A model generated the notes under the pieces. That model was not told the origin of the DNA. It did not search any database and worked only from the letters and a program-made list of their open reading frames with translations. A DNA stretch of 64,000 nucleotides from Batkoa obscura (taxonomy: Eukaryota). Location: positions 682,001 through 746,000 of the forward strand of contig JASVEC010000012.1 in NCBI GenBank assembly GCA_030770535.1, written 5' to 3'. Both the position numbers and the translations under genes were made by a program. The first letter of the stretch is position 1. Every line of letters begins with the position of its first letter. Shown piece after piece: positions 14,053 through 28,448 of the stretch.

Positions 14053-15632
14053 TTATCCAAATTTCAAAATAATATCTAAGATATATGGGTTTAAGTCTTC
14101 TTCTTCAGTATTAAATAAGTCATCTTCAATAGTTAATAATTTGGCTAATTCATCTAAAGTAGGAATTGTTAAGGGTAATTTTAAAGGCAACTCTTCATTA
14201 GTAATAGATAATTGATAGTTGTGATTTTGATTTAAATAGTCAAATAATTGTTTTTCTTTTTGTTGTTGATTTTTTTTACCTTTAAATAATTGAGTTAATC
14301 TTTGAAACTGATTTTTATTATTTAATTGATTCAAATAAAATATAGCTTCATTTAATTGAATTTCATTTCGTTTATCTTCACTTAATTGCTTAATAACACA
14401 ATCTAAAAGAATAGGATATTGATTTAATTCATTAATAATAACAGGTTTAATATCATTAATATATAATTCCTTGTTAAATTCCATAATACGATTTAATTCT
14501 TTTTTTATAATTAGTAAAGAAATTAATAATAAATCATTTTCTAAATTAAAATCACAATGATTTTCAATAAAATATTGATTTAATATTAATTCATTAATAA
14601 TCAAATTATTAGACAATAAGCCTAATCGATAATAATTAATTAATTGATATGTTCTGCATAATTCTATTATAGATTGTTCATATTGTTGTAAATATTTAAT
14701 ATCAAATATATCATAAATATAAATCCATAATTTATAAATTATTATATCATTATTCATCATATTAACATTACTAACAATTGATTCCATAATTTTAATCCAT
14801 AATAAATTTAATTCTTTATTAAGATTTAATGAAGCAGTAGTTAATTGATAATATTGTCCAAATAATTTCATTAAATTAATTATACAATGATATTGATTAT
14901 TATTATTATTATTATTATTATTAAATTGTAATAAACAATGAATTAATTTTTCTTGCAAATTAAAATCAATTAATAATTCATCCCACGGTTCAATTATTTG
15001 ATTGATTTGATTGATAGTTAAATTAAAATAGAATTCTAAATAAAATTCACATTTAATTAATAATAATATTTCTATATCATCAAATTCTTTCATATTAAAT
15101 AAATTATAAAATAAAGGTAATAATTCCATACGATAATTAATTACTACTGTTGTATCTTTAATAAAATCATTTAATAAATATTGTTGAATTGAATCTAATG
15201 TATTTATTGCCCATTGTTCATTTAAATAATTTTTAATTAATGATATAAATTGTTGAATTATATCAATTGTTTGATTTTCAACTAATTGTTGTTTTAATAC
15301 TAAAATAAAAATTTCTTTTAATATTGTAAATTCGTTCGATTTGTTTGATAATTGTTGTTGCCAATCAATTGATAATAAATTATTATAATATTTATTAAAC
15401 AATAATAAAGAATGATATAATAAATTTGGATTAATATTTTGCAATATTAATGATTTATATAATAAAATAATATCATTGAAATTAATTTGTTGTTGATTCA
15501 ATAAGCTATCAATTCTTTTAATAGTTATATAACCTAAATCTTCTTCAGTTATTGGATCAATTAAATTATTTAATTCTTCTAAAAATTCAATTCTTTTTAC
15601 TATATTATTAATTGTATTATTAAATAATTCTA

Positions 15633-15690
<58 letters not shown>

Positions 15691-17252
15691 TAAAATATTT
15701 TCTTTAATAATAGTAACTAATAATTGTTGAGATTGTAAATTAATAGTTTCTTGATATTTTATATTAATAAACTGATCAATTAAATTTAAACTATTATTAA
15801 GATTTAATTGAATTATATATTTGTTTAACAATATAACATCTTCAGGTAAAAATACATTATTTTGTTGTATAATAAATGAAATTTGATAAATTAAATACCA
15901 TAAAATTATATTGGATTTTAATATTTGTTGCTCTTGTAAATTTAATTCAATATAATATTGTTTTTCTTCGTTGAATATTGGTAATAATTGTAAATAGGTA
16001 TCCAATTGATTTAATATAAATTCATTGCCATTAGATTGTTGATATAATAAATTAAAGTGAGATTGTAATTCATTATAATTCTTATTAAATTTATTGTTTA
16101 ATAAGAATTTAAAATCAACTATATTATCGTTAATTATCTTATTATTACTTTTGATACTTTCAATCCAATTATTTAATAATTCCGTTCTTAATATAAGTTG
16201 ATGAATAATTAACTGATTTTTCTATTCAAATTTAAAATATTATTAATATTATTAATATTATACAAATGTTATTAAATAATTACCTCATCCTTTTCTTTGT
16301 TTAATTTATCTAATATTTCTCCAAACATAATAAAATATAAATTTAATTTAATTAAATCATTACCCTCAATATCATTATAAAATGTATAAAATTGGTTAAT
16401 AACTTTTTCATCAATTATTAATAATTCCAAATATTCTTTTGTATTAGACCAATAATAATCTTCTAAGTCATTGATTTTAACTTGATTTGAAAAATAATAA
16501 TTAATATGAATCAAATATAATGTTTGTAAATCAATGTTAAAATTAGTTGCAATTGTTATGACATTTGATGTTTGTATTGTATCTTCCGTTTGTATTCTTA
16601 ATTCTAATAATAAACTTTGTTCTCTTTTATTAGATAATCGAAACGCTTCACTATCAATGTCTAATTTTTCTAATATCGAATTAATTTCTTCTTCTTCATT
16701 TAATTTTTGACTTAATTTTATATTCTCTTGAATTATTTTCAGTTCCTTATTATTATTATTATTATCTAAGTTAGTTAAATAATTAATAAATTCTTTTGGT
16801 TGAATTGTTGTTAAATTATTATATTGTATAGTATTATTATTATTATTATTTATATTTGATTTAGTAATATAATTTAAACCAAAATGAAATGCTTTCCATA
16901 ATAAATCTTCTGGGTTCTGTTGTAATGTATCAAAAAATTCGACTTTATCTTCCTAAAAATAAATATTAAATATATTAAGATTAAAATAATTTTATTATAT
17001 TATAATAAATTACCTCTGATAAATTATAAATAAAAAGTTGAGAAAGTGTATCATTAATATTATTACTTAATTGAAGTTTGATTTTTTTAATTAATCGTTT
17101 ATGAAGTATAGCATCATTATTACTTAATAAGCTATCTTTTAATAACATTAATATTCTAAATATTGCTTCTAATGGATTAAGTTGCCAATTGAAATTATTA
17201 TTAGTAACATTTATAATAGAACCATTAAAGATAGGATAATTATATATGTTTA

Positions 17253-17283
<31 letters not shown>

Positions 17284-19259
17284 TATAATATCAACCGTAT
17301 CGTTGAGTTGTTGTAATACATTTGAATTCAACATAATTTTTTGATTATTATTATTACTATTATTGTATTTTATTAACTCTTTTGAATTTAATGATTGAAT
17401 TTCTAACTCATAATAGTAATTTAGTACTTCATTTATTTTACTAACATTACAATTTGCTATTATTAAAGATAACAAATTAAACTTTTTATTAATATCTTTA
17501 AACTCTTTATCTTTAATTAATTCTAAAATATCATTAATATCTTCTGAATTACATTCATCTTCAATTAAAGTAGTTGAATATTCATATGCCATATTAAAAT
17601 CTTTATGTAATTTACTTGCTTTGATTATTAATTTGTTGATAAAACTAAGATCCTCAATAATATTAATATTTAATAATGCCATTAATTCTTTAATTTTATC
17701 TGGTGATTTATATAGTTGACATTTTGAATTAAATATTAATTGTTTTAAATGAAACTTTGAGTTTAATCGAATTTCTAAAGGTTGAGGTATTTGTTTTATA
17801 TTATATTGTAAATAATAGTTATATAATTTTTGTACTCCAAATACAAAATATTGCCATTGTTGTACTTTACTTGTTTCTTCTACTAAATCTAAACATTTTA
17901 ATATAATTTCTATTGAATTAGAATCAAATAAATTTGTTTGATTATCATAAAATTCCATTGATATTTCAAGTAATAAATCAATAACTTCTTCATATAAAAT
18001 AGGTAAATCAATTTCATCAAGTATTATCGAGGCCATTTCAAATTCTAAAATATCATAAATGTTATAAATATAAATATAATAACAAATTTACCTTCTAAAT
18101 CTAAAATTTGTTGTAAAAAGAATATAAATAATTGTTTGATATTAATAGGACCAAAATAATGTTGATTAAATAATAATACTAAACCATCCCATATCTTAAT
18201 AATTAATTGTTTTTCGTCAATAATTAAAATCAGTTGATTAATTAATTGAATACAATATAATTGATGTTGTTGAAAATTACTTAATAAAATTCGACTTAAT
18301 CTTTCTTTTAAACTTGGAAAAGAATAACCCAAACTTTCAATAATTTCCCATCCTTCTATATTTTGTATTAAAAAATTAAAATAAGGATGAAATTCTTCTA
18401 CTTTAGCAACATTAATAATACTATCTGAAGTCAAATCTTCGACTTTTAAATTAATGCAAGTTTGATTAGGTAAAGTAGATAAATCCAAACTAGTATATAA
18501 AGTAACAAGATTAATAATGGATTGAATATGTTGACTAGTAATTGGTTTTTTAATTGACAATAAACTAAGTAGACAAGCTTTAATAAATTTTAATTCAATA
18601 ATTTTACCCCAAACTTCGCTATATTTTAAAGTATTATCTATATTGGATGGTGGTAAATCTAACATTAAATGATAATTTTCTTTTGAATTATCTAACTCTT
18701 CATATTCCGTGATAAAAATATCTAATAATAATTCAGGAGAAGAACCTAAAGCAACTAAATGATAAATTAATTTTGCGATTTGATATCTTGATAAGATTAA
18801 AAACTTTTTTAAATTAAAATTGATAACTTCTTTTTCAGAAACTTGTTCCATTTGATTTAATTCCAATTGTAATACTTTGATTTGAATTAACCATTCTAAT
18901 TTTTTGATAATACTGCTTAATTTTTTTAAATTTAACTTATGTTGACCTAAATTTAATAATGAATAACATAACATTAAATCCCCTACTCTTTCATCAATTT
19001 TTATGGCTCTTTGGACATGCCATCCCTTTAGCTTCTCCTCCGAAGAATAAGAAGCTAAATTTTGTAACCAAAAGATATACACTTCAGGATCTAAAGCTTC
19101 AGGTAACTGGATTAAAAATAACAAGTCGTCTGAATTTTCATACTTGTTATAATGAGTTTCGTATTGAGAGCGGATATGGGAAATGATTTCATTTGAGTAC
19201 TTTTTTTGTTCTAGTTGAAAGAGTAAACGTTCGATATTACTTTGGTTATCAAATTTCAT
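14053..19259 (-). CDS. SEC39: Sec39/NBAS-like ER tethering subunit, large helical protein with poly-Asn tracts
   Basis: LIQLPEALDPEVY, WHVQRAIKIDERVG and LQQILDLE/KFEMA resemble the Sec39 domain. About 1600 aa over several exons. Confidence 0.6.
15635..15690. repeat. (ATT/AAT)n microsatellite encoding poly-Asn
   Basis: Perfect trinucleotide run inside the minus-strand ORF. Confidence 0.95.
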
Positions 19260-19397
19260 TTTTTTTATAAGTGAAAAAATTTAAAGAACGAAATTGATGA
19301 ATTGAAGTCACTCTTACTTTAAAGTAACTTAATGGGTTGAATTTATTACCAACATAAAATTTAAAATAGTTTTTTGGTTTCTTTAAAAAATTCAAAA

Positions 19398-21725
19398 ATG
19401 GGTAAGTATTCTATAAAAATAATTGAAATTAATATAAAGTTCATGATATTTTAGATTTACCACCATTAAATTATATGCTACCCGAATGGAGTGGTAAACC
19501 GAGTATTAAATCATATTTAGAAGTAATCAAAGGAGGGGTACAATTGGAAAACTTTTTATTAAAAAACAAAGAGATTATTGTAGTTGGTAATAATAAATCC
19601 ATTTAATAATTTTAAAATATTAATAATCAAAATAAATTAAAAGGCCGATTACCAAACTGTGATTTACAATTAGAACATCAAGTAAGCTTTTTTAAATTTT
19701 ATATAAAGAAATAAAGTTAGAACTCAAATCAAAAGTCCATTTCAAGATATCACGCTTTATTTCAGTTTAATGAAAAAGGTAGTTTATATAATGTTAATAC
19801 TAAAATAAACAAAAATAAGGAATAATTAGGTGAAAGTCATATTTATGATTTAGGAAGTACACATGGCACTTTTGTTAATAAAGTAAAAGTTGAGCAAAAA
19901 AAATATGTATTATTAAAAGAAGAAGATCAAATAAAGTTTGGAGAATCAACTAGGATATTTATTTTTAAAACAGAAATTAATACCAAAGTAAGGGCTTATC
20001 AAGATCAACAAAAAGAAACGGAAGTTACTTGGTAACTATTATTCTATTTGATTTTTTTAAAAGTCTTTATTTTTTTATAATTTTTTGATTTTAGGGGTTT
20101 TGCTGAAGATGCTGTAGAAGAAGAAGATATTAATGATCTTATTAATGACGATACAAATGAACAGGATGCCTATTATTATAAAGATCCAAAAAAAGCATTG
20201 AAAAACTATTTAGAAGTAAGTTTTATCTATAAACTAATTTTAGTTACTTATTAATATAATGTATGAAAGAACCAAGGCGTTGCTGTTGAATATGAGATAT
20301 CGGAAGAAGGTGAAAAAAATGAAAAGGAGTATACAGCAAAGTAGAAAAAAATCATTAAATTTTAGTTTATTTTGACTTATTATTTTATTAGAGTTTTGCT
20401 TCCTATACCAGAATTAGAAAGTTTAAATAGTGATATTATGTATGGTATTGGTCATTCTAATAAAAAGAGGTAATATTTAAAAAATTTAAATATAAACAAG
20501 TAAGAAAAGTTAATAAATTTTGTTAATTTTAGAGAAGCAGAAAGATTGGCTGCATTGAACGCATGTGAGAAACTAGATAAAATGAAACTATTGAGATCCA
20601 ATGGATTAAGTATTTCAGGTAATTAATATTATAGTATATATTAATATATATTAAATAACATTTAAATAGATTTAAAAAAACAGCGCCTTAAAAGATTATT
20701 AAAAGAAAATGAAGCAGAAGAATTTGATGATTTTTATGATAGAGCAGGATATGGTAATTTATTTTAATAGTATATTTAATAGTAATTAATAATTAATAAA
20801 TTCTAGTTGAAAAAAGCAAATTACGTAAAAACCAACGTAAAGGAAAAGAAGATAAAATAGAAACATTCGACAGTTTGAATTTAAAAAGAAAACAATTAAT
20901 TGAAAGTATTAATAATTTAAAAATGGATGTTATTATTATTCAAAATAAAATCGATAAAGATATGCAAATAGTAAATGGTAACTTAATTATATTATATTAT
21001 TATATTACTATATATTTATATTAACAATATTATTATTATTTATATAGAATATAAACAAAATGATAATGAATTAGATGGTTATATGACACAAATGAAAATT
21101 AATGAAAATAGAAAATTAAAAAAAGAAAATGACAAGAAATTAAATTTATCAACTATTGTAAGTTAATTATATTATTATAATAATAATATTATTAACAATT
21201 CTTTAGGAATTAAAAAAAGTACTAAAATTAATTGAAATTGTTGCACCTGATTCTAAATTTGATGAAGAAGTAGATGATGATGACACTTTAAAACAAAAAA
21301 TAGAACAAAGTAGCTTAAATATTATTGATAAAGAAAAAGAAGTAAAGATAGAAGAAAATAAAGAAGCAGATAACAATGAAATTGAGGAAAAGGAAGTGGG
21401 AAGTGAGAAAATAAAGGAGATAAGTAATGAAGGAGAAGTAATAAATAATGAAAAGGAAACACCAAGTAATGATATTGATCATGAGGATATTAAAGAAATA
21501 GAATCAAAAGTTGAAACTAATAATGAAAAAGAAGAAGAAGAAGAAGAAGAAGAAGAAGAAGGATATAATTTTAATATTCAAGACGATAATGATAATTGGG
21601 TTCCACCTCAAGGACAAAGTGGTAATAACAATACAACTATATAATTATAAAAGGGCATTAATAATTTATAATTTATAACTTTAGGAGATGGAAGATCGCA
21701 TTTAAATGATAAATATGGGTATTAA
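19398..21725 (+). CDS. SLC4A1AP: Kanadaptin (FHA domain plus dsRBD-like region), many exons
   Basis: FHA motifs VVGRLPNCDLQLEHQSISRYHA and DLGSTHGTFVNK; VTWGFAEDAVEE; YYKDPKKALK; C-terminus WVPPQGQSGDGRSHLNDKYGY*. Confidence 0.9.
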
Positions 21726-21885
21726 ATATTAAATTAAAAAACAAAAATAAAATATTTTATATAATAAAATAAATTTATAAATTAAATTCCAGCTTAACAA
21801 AAAATTTTATTCAAAATTTTATTTAGGAAAATTTAATTCATTTTTACAAAATTAATATCTATTTCATCGTTATTTTAAAAAAGAA

Positions 21886-23225
21886 TTAAGGATTAGGAGG
21901 ACAACATTGTACAGGAGCACATTGAGCTTGACAAGGTAAAAGACAAGTAGAATCGCGAATAGTAGGACCAGAAGAAACGGTCAATTTAGGAGAGGAAGAA
22001 GTTGAACTATTACTAGAATCATTTTCAAATTCAGGTTGAATTGTAACAGAATGAACACCATAACTATGTAAAATACGTTTAATTTTAGTAGCAATAGATT
22101 GGAATCGTTTATGATGAGGGGAATCAATAACTACATGAATACTAGCAATAGATTTAGAATCACTTAATTGCCAAACATGAAGATCATGAATACTAACAAC
22201 ACCTTCAATATCAGCTACTTGAAGGCGTACATTTTCAATTGGTACAGTAGATGGCACCCCTTGAAGTAAAATAATTGAAGCACTTTTAATTAAAGGCAAT
22301 GTAAATTTAACAATTAATAAAGTAATAATAATTGAAATCAAAGGATCAAACAAATATCTTTCTGGGAATTCACATTTCCAAATAATTAAAGCAGAAATAA
22401 TAACAGCTATACTTGCTAAAGCATCTCCTAAAACATGTAAATAAACTCCTTGCATATTAAGCTGACCTTCTTTTTCATTGGAATGGTCACGGGTGTGATC
22501 ATGATTCTGATTCTTTTGAGATTGACAATCATTAGATTGATTTCTTTGTAATAAATAACTACTTTCATTAATTTCTAATTGATGAGCATGAGATACTTGT
22601 TTTGCAGTATCAATGATAGATTGTTGAAAAGTAGCTGGACTTAAAATATTTGTCTGATGATTTAAAGTATAATCAGTACCATCTTCAATTGAATGGGAAT
22701 GCTCATGATCATGACTTTCATTATGATTATGACTATGAGAACATTCACCATGACTATGATGATGACCAAATAAAAACATACCTGATATATTAAATACTAA
22801 ACCAATACTACCAACTACTAGAATTAATTCTGGATTTTCAATTTCAACAGGTTTAAAAAAACGAGGAATTGCTTCAGCAACAATAGTAAGACATAAACCT
22901 AATAGCAATACAGCATTAATTAAAGCACCTAATACTTCCGCTCTTTGTAATCCATAAGTATAATTTGGATCGTATTTGGTATTTTCAGATAACTAAAATA
23001 AAAATAATCAGTAAGTTTGTTCTTAATAACATATTAAAATAATAACAAACTTACTTTAACGGCATAGACAGCAATAACTAAAGATACCACATCATTTAAC
23101 ATATGAAAAGCGTCAGCCACTAAAGCAATTGAACCCACCCAATAACCAACAATTAATTCAGTAAAAAATAAAATGACACTTAATGTCAATTGTATATATA
23201 ATTTCGTCGTTTTTGATAACCCCAT
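21886..23225 (-). CDS. ZRC1: CDF-family zinc transporter (Zrc1/Cot1/ZnT1), 2 exons
   Basis: ALVADAFHMLND, YTYGLQRAEVLGALIN, His-rich loop, NMQGVYLHVLGDAL and HDLHVWQL. Confidence 0.93.
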
Positions 23226-25097
23226 TTTTATAAAGTTAATAACAATAATAATAATAATTAAATTTAATTTTTTTGAAAAAATTTATTGATTTATCAAGTT
23301 TGTTTTTATACTATTTCATTTCAATTAAGCAATTAATTATATAATCCCATTTTCATTGGTGGAATTTAATCGCTATTTGATCATTGGTTCTATTTTTAGC
23401 CTATGCACCTACAAATCAAGGGTTTTTGTCATGTTTTTGAATTAATATCAGATAAAAAAAGTATGTAAAAAAAGAGGATTATTCAAATAAATTTTTTAAT
23501 GATTTGGCTAAATCAACTATATCAAGTAAATAGAGGTAACTTAATGGCTATCATGCTAAATTAATGGAAAATATCATAAGCTATTTCTTCTATTTTTAGT
23601 ATAAAGCCTCAATATTTGTATTCATTATGAGTTATTAATATTAAATTGTTTATTCTCCTATTATCAGCTTTATTAATCGTTGTTTGTTCAACTTTCGAAC
23701 ATTTAAATTTTTACTGTTTATTAATAAAAACAAAACGTCAAAAACATATAATATTATAAACCTTATAATATATTAGCAATATCTTATATATTGAAACTAC
23801 TTACAAATGCTTTCAAAGAATGAAACTATTAAATCAATTGAAATTGAAATTTTTAAATCGAAGTTTCTAAAGGATAAAAATTAAGCATGTTATTTTTAGA
23901 GTTTTTAACACAAGTTTTTATTTCCTTTTTTAAATTCATGCTTAACTCAACTTAGTCATTAATTTATTTAACCTCTTATTTTAAAATTATTCCTAATAAT
24001 ATCGAACTTGCTTTTTGTAATACTATCTTTTTAATAAGTTGTTAGTTTATTAATATAAAAAAGAATAAAAATTAATAATAAATTTAGTATGAAATTAATT
24101 TAAATATTAGTTTTGAAGTTTCTTTTTAATAATAAATTGGTATTAATTTTAATGTTTGTAAATCTTTTTTATTACGTATTTATCTTATAACTTGTTGTTT
24201 ATTAGGTTTATTGTTTTAAATATAATCTGATAAGATTATAGAGTAAATTTTTAACCATAAATTTAAATTTTCTTGTTTATATAAAAAATATCTGATTTAT
24301 AAATAACGCTTGTTATTAAAAATATTATTTATTATTTAATTATATTTTTTTAAATCATATATTGTATATCGCTATGTATATTCATATTATTATAATTTGT
24401 TAAGCTAAGCAGATAATTACTTTTCTAATATTTATTTAAATTCGTTTATTTTATAAAATTTTAAAAATGAAAATAATTTAATAGAATAAAATTTTGCTCC
24501 AAATTAAACAATTTTTAAGCGCTATTTGAGCAGAAAAAATATCAGTAAAATTCTTAAATACAGAAATACACCCCCATCTAATTTTTATTAAAAAGTAATA
24601 ATTTAAAAAAATAACGTTTAAATTATTATCGTTATTTTTATTTTTGCCTCATATAAATAGATAATTAACTTTCATCTTTTATATCTTATTTAAATATAAA
24701 TAAATTGATTTCATTTGTGTATTTTTTTTATAGTAATATAACTTTTTTAGTATTTTTAATTTTTCTGATAATTTTTTTATTGTTTTTTAATTTTTTTACA
24801 TTTTATAATATTATTAAATAAAATTGTTTTTTAATATATTGTTTACTAAATATAAAAATTATTTAATAAAAATTTGTTTATTATTTAAAATAAACATTAA
24901 TTGCCAAAAAACAATGCAAAAAACTAACATTTTTATATTACTTTTAGCAGTTTTTATTATTATTATTAAAATTAATTAATTGCTATTAAATTTTTAGCAG
25001 TTTTTAAATTTGTAAGTCTTTAATGTATGATCAGCTAAATTTAAAACTTTAACTTAAAAGACTTATTTTATTTATTTTATTTTTTTGATCATATGTT

Positions 25098-25307
25098 TGT
25101 GAAAGTTGGTACTCAGTGATTGCAGTTAAAGGCAGTTCTAGCTCAATTAACTGGCCGTAAGTCAAAAGGTCTTAGTTTATGTAACTAAGATAGACTTAAA
25201 TTAATAGGAATAGTGCACAATAAGCTATGAACTATGTAAAATAAATAGAATAGAAAAGACTACTGTAAAATCTACATAAAATACTGTAAGATTTACTAGC
25301 TTTATTA
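25098..25307 (+). mobile_element. Truncated solo LTR inside the DNA transposon 5' region
   Basis: Begins TGTGAAAGTTGGTACTCAGT; same insertion flank as the LTRs ending at 33404 and 45725. Confidence 0.7.
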
Positions 25308-26698
25308 AAATAAAAACAAAATGCAAGCTTTTATAACTAAACTTTGAAATGGGGGTTTTTCTTTAAATTTAATACGATAGGGAGAAGCACATTATATAAA
25401 CATTGTGATTTGTTTACATCAATTTTAACAACTATTCACAATAACCCAGAGTTTATGGGATTTTATAATAAAACAAAAAAAAGAAAAGAAATATTATTAA
25501 AGTTTACTATTAATAATAACAAACTTAATCAAGCAATGTATAAAATTAGTGCTTTAAGGGAAACAGGAAATAAAAACCAACAAGTAGCATTATTATCAAC
25601 TATAGTTTCAGTATATTCTTTTGATGAATGTAAAAGCTTTGGATTTAATATAAGTAGAAATCAATATGATTATTTAAAAATAATTAATAATAATAAAACA
25701 CCAACATTACAACCTATTATTAAAAATACAAAAAAAATTAAAGATGAGCAAATTGAGATTATTATACAATATTTACTTGATAATTCAACTATTTCATCAA
25801 GATTTAATAAAAAAAATAATGATAAATATTCGTCAGATAATATATATATTAAATAAAAGTAGAAGAATGATATACAGTAAGTATTTTAATGATTTAAAAG
25901 ATAAAGCAGTAGCTAGGTCAACATTTTTTAAATATATACCAAATAATTTTAAAAATCCAACAAGAAAAACAGATTTATGTAATATATGTGCCCAGTATAC
26001 AGTTAGAAAAAAGTTATTTGAAAATAAAATAAAATAAATACAACGACAAAAAATAAAGCAGAGATAGAGGAATCTTTTAATAAAGAAAAAAGGTTATATA
26101 AATTACATGAATTTTGTGTTGATATTCAAAAAAACATACTTAATGAAACTATTGAAAAATTAAATAATAGAAGTTGTATAATAATTCTAGACTTTAAACA
26201 AAATATGGAAATAGGAACAAGACCAGATCCAATAAATTTAGATCATTATAATAAGCAAGCTATATCAGTATTAGGGTTTGGCGTTTTATATTTAAAAAAC
26301 GATAAAACAATAAGGTGAAGTTTATTTCAATTATTTATCTGAAATATTAAATCATGATTCAGCCATATGGGGATGTATTTTTGTGTTTAATAATTTTACT
26401 AGCAATCTTTCCGATCAAATAACGCTTAAAAAATGGAAAAAATAATAAAAACAAAAAAAACATCCCCATAGAGAATAGAAAAATTAAAAGATCAACCCCA
26501 GGCTTATCTTACAAAAATAACTGAGAATTTCAAAGTTTCAATATTTAGTAAGCAAGTAAGTAGCTTATTAGATGATAGAAATCAATTATTAAATGTTGAT
26601 ATTACTTAAATTATTGATAGCTAAGTTAATAAATAGTCAAAGAGCAAGTAGTTGTAATAATAAGTAAAAACTACTATTATGCTGCTTGTGTTACATAG

Positions 26699-26796
26699 GG
26701 GGGTGTTTTTTTGGTTTCATTATTTTTTCCATCTTTTAAGCGCTATTTGAGTGGAAAAATTGTTAGTAAAATTATTAAACACAAAAATACATCCCC
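26699..26796. mobile_element. MITE with 4-bp TSD (ATAG) shown by empty paralogous sites
   Basis: ttac-ATAG-[MITE]-ATAG-ggatgg here and at 42502-42599. The empty site ttacatagggatgg occurs at about 31097-31110 (minus) and about 46894-46907. Confidence 0.92.
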
Positions 26797-27692
26797 ATAG
26801 GGATGGTTAATTGCAGTTTTAAGGCTAACCGCTCCCTCCCATGCAGCTATTTATTAACTTAGTAATATATTAATAATGTAACTATGACATTAAAACAATT
26901 TGTTTATTTGATAGCAAATCTACAATGTTGGCTATAAAGCAGTTAATAATAAATATTTCTTAATAAAGTTTTATAAAAGTATATATTTATTTACATATTA
27001 CAACTTTGATTACTATCACTATATAGACTATATTGGTAAAAACTTTGGTAATCTGGGAATTTGTATTAAATTCAATAAAATTCCACTAACTTACAATATA
27101 AATTATATTAAAATAACTTAATTTTAAGCTTCTTAAAGTTAGCTAATCGTGTATTAAGACTTACAAATTCAAAAACCCAAAAATTGGATTAATTTTTACT
27201 TAAATTCTGAAACCAATTCGGACATCCCTATATAGAGGGGTGTTTTTTTAGTTTCATCACTTTTTCCATTTTTTAAGCGCTATTTGAGTGGAAAGGTTGT
27301 TAGTAAAATTCTTAAACAAAAAAATATATATATATTTATTAACTAAATCATATAAACAGTTTTGATTGAATTTAAGCTGATTGAAATTTTATAAAGCTAT
27401 CTAAGTTTATAAGTTATTTTATAAAATATTTATTAATAATATTACTTTTAAAGTTTTAAATTAAAACGATTATAGGAATTATACCAGGAGTTAATATATA
27501 TAATATAAAACTAAAATCAAATTGATCACTATCTGATCTAATTTTAGTCACTTGAAGTTGGCCCAGGATGGGCGGCTGATTTTTGTATAATACTTGTTGA
27601 TTAAATGTTTTTTAATAGAAATTCAAATGATAGAATTTACAGAATAATTTGTTTAGTGATTTATATGTTTTTTTAAATTGAGAACTTAAAAT

Positions 27693-27765
27693 GGTCCCGT
27701 GGCCCAATGGATAAGGCGTCTGTCTACGGAACAGAAGATTCCAGGTTCGATCCCTGGCGGGATCA
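27693..27765 (+). tRNA. tRNA-Arg(ACG)
   Basis: GGTCCCG/CGGGATC acceptor stem, TCTGT-CTACGGA-ACAGA anticodon arm, GTTCGATC T-loop and downstream T-run. Confidence 0.95.
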
Positions 27766-28256
27766 ATAGATAAATAACTTTTTTATTGTTTATTTTGATA
27801 GTATGAATAATTTATACTATAAGTTAGCAGAATTAAGTAAAGTTTTAAAATATAAAATATTTGAAAATTGATAAAAAAATGAAATCAATTTAGACATCCC
27901 TATATTATTAAGTTCTATAAATTTTATTGTATAATTAAGTTATTAAATTATTGTAAACTTTATATTACTAAAATTTTTATTAATAAAGTTTGTTATTATT
28001 TTATGTAGTATTACATAAAAATATATTCTTTTGTTTAAAAATTTCATTAGTAATTTTTTACTTAAAAAATAATAAAAAATCTAAAGCATTTAATACCAAA
28101 GAAAGCTAAACAGCATTAACCAAATAGAATCAAATTAAAATTAAAAGGTGATAAGTATAAAAATAAAATAATCATTTCATTTAAACTGTGTATAAAAAAG
28201 CTGATTTAATAAAAAAAATAAAATAATTTATTATTACAGAAAAAGCTTTATATTAA

Positions 28257-28329
28257 GCCTTCTTGGCTCAGTTGGCAGAGCGTCCGCCTAGTAAGCGGAA
28301 GGTCATTGGTTCGATTCCGATAGAAGGCA
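28257..28329 (+). tRNA. tRNA-Thr(AGT)
   Basis: GCCTTCT/AGAAGGC acceptor stem, TCCGC-CTAGTAA-GCGGA anticodon arm, GTTCGATT and downstream TTTTT. Confidence 0.95.
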
Positions 28330-28448
28330 TATACTTTTTGCTTACTTGACTTTGTTAAATAAATTAAATATATCTGTCCAGCCTAAAAATAACATTTGGG
28401 ATTTTATTGATTGAATATTATTTAAAAAGTTAATTATTTAAATATATA

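Larger units (their letters stand above)
25000..27110 (+). mobile_element. Defective Sola-like DNA transposon copy; transposase catalytic core replaced by a MITE
   Basis: Near-identical to 30662-33603 and 43900-45910. ORFs include KTDLCNIC and ILDFKQN. MITEs at 26369-26467 and 26699-26796. Confidence 0.8.

Noticed and set aside
25850..26040. Alternative genetic code (TAA read-through) in the transposase
   Set aside because: Continuity needs frame changes, not read-through, and host genes use TAA as a normal stop.
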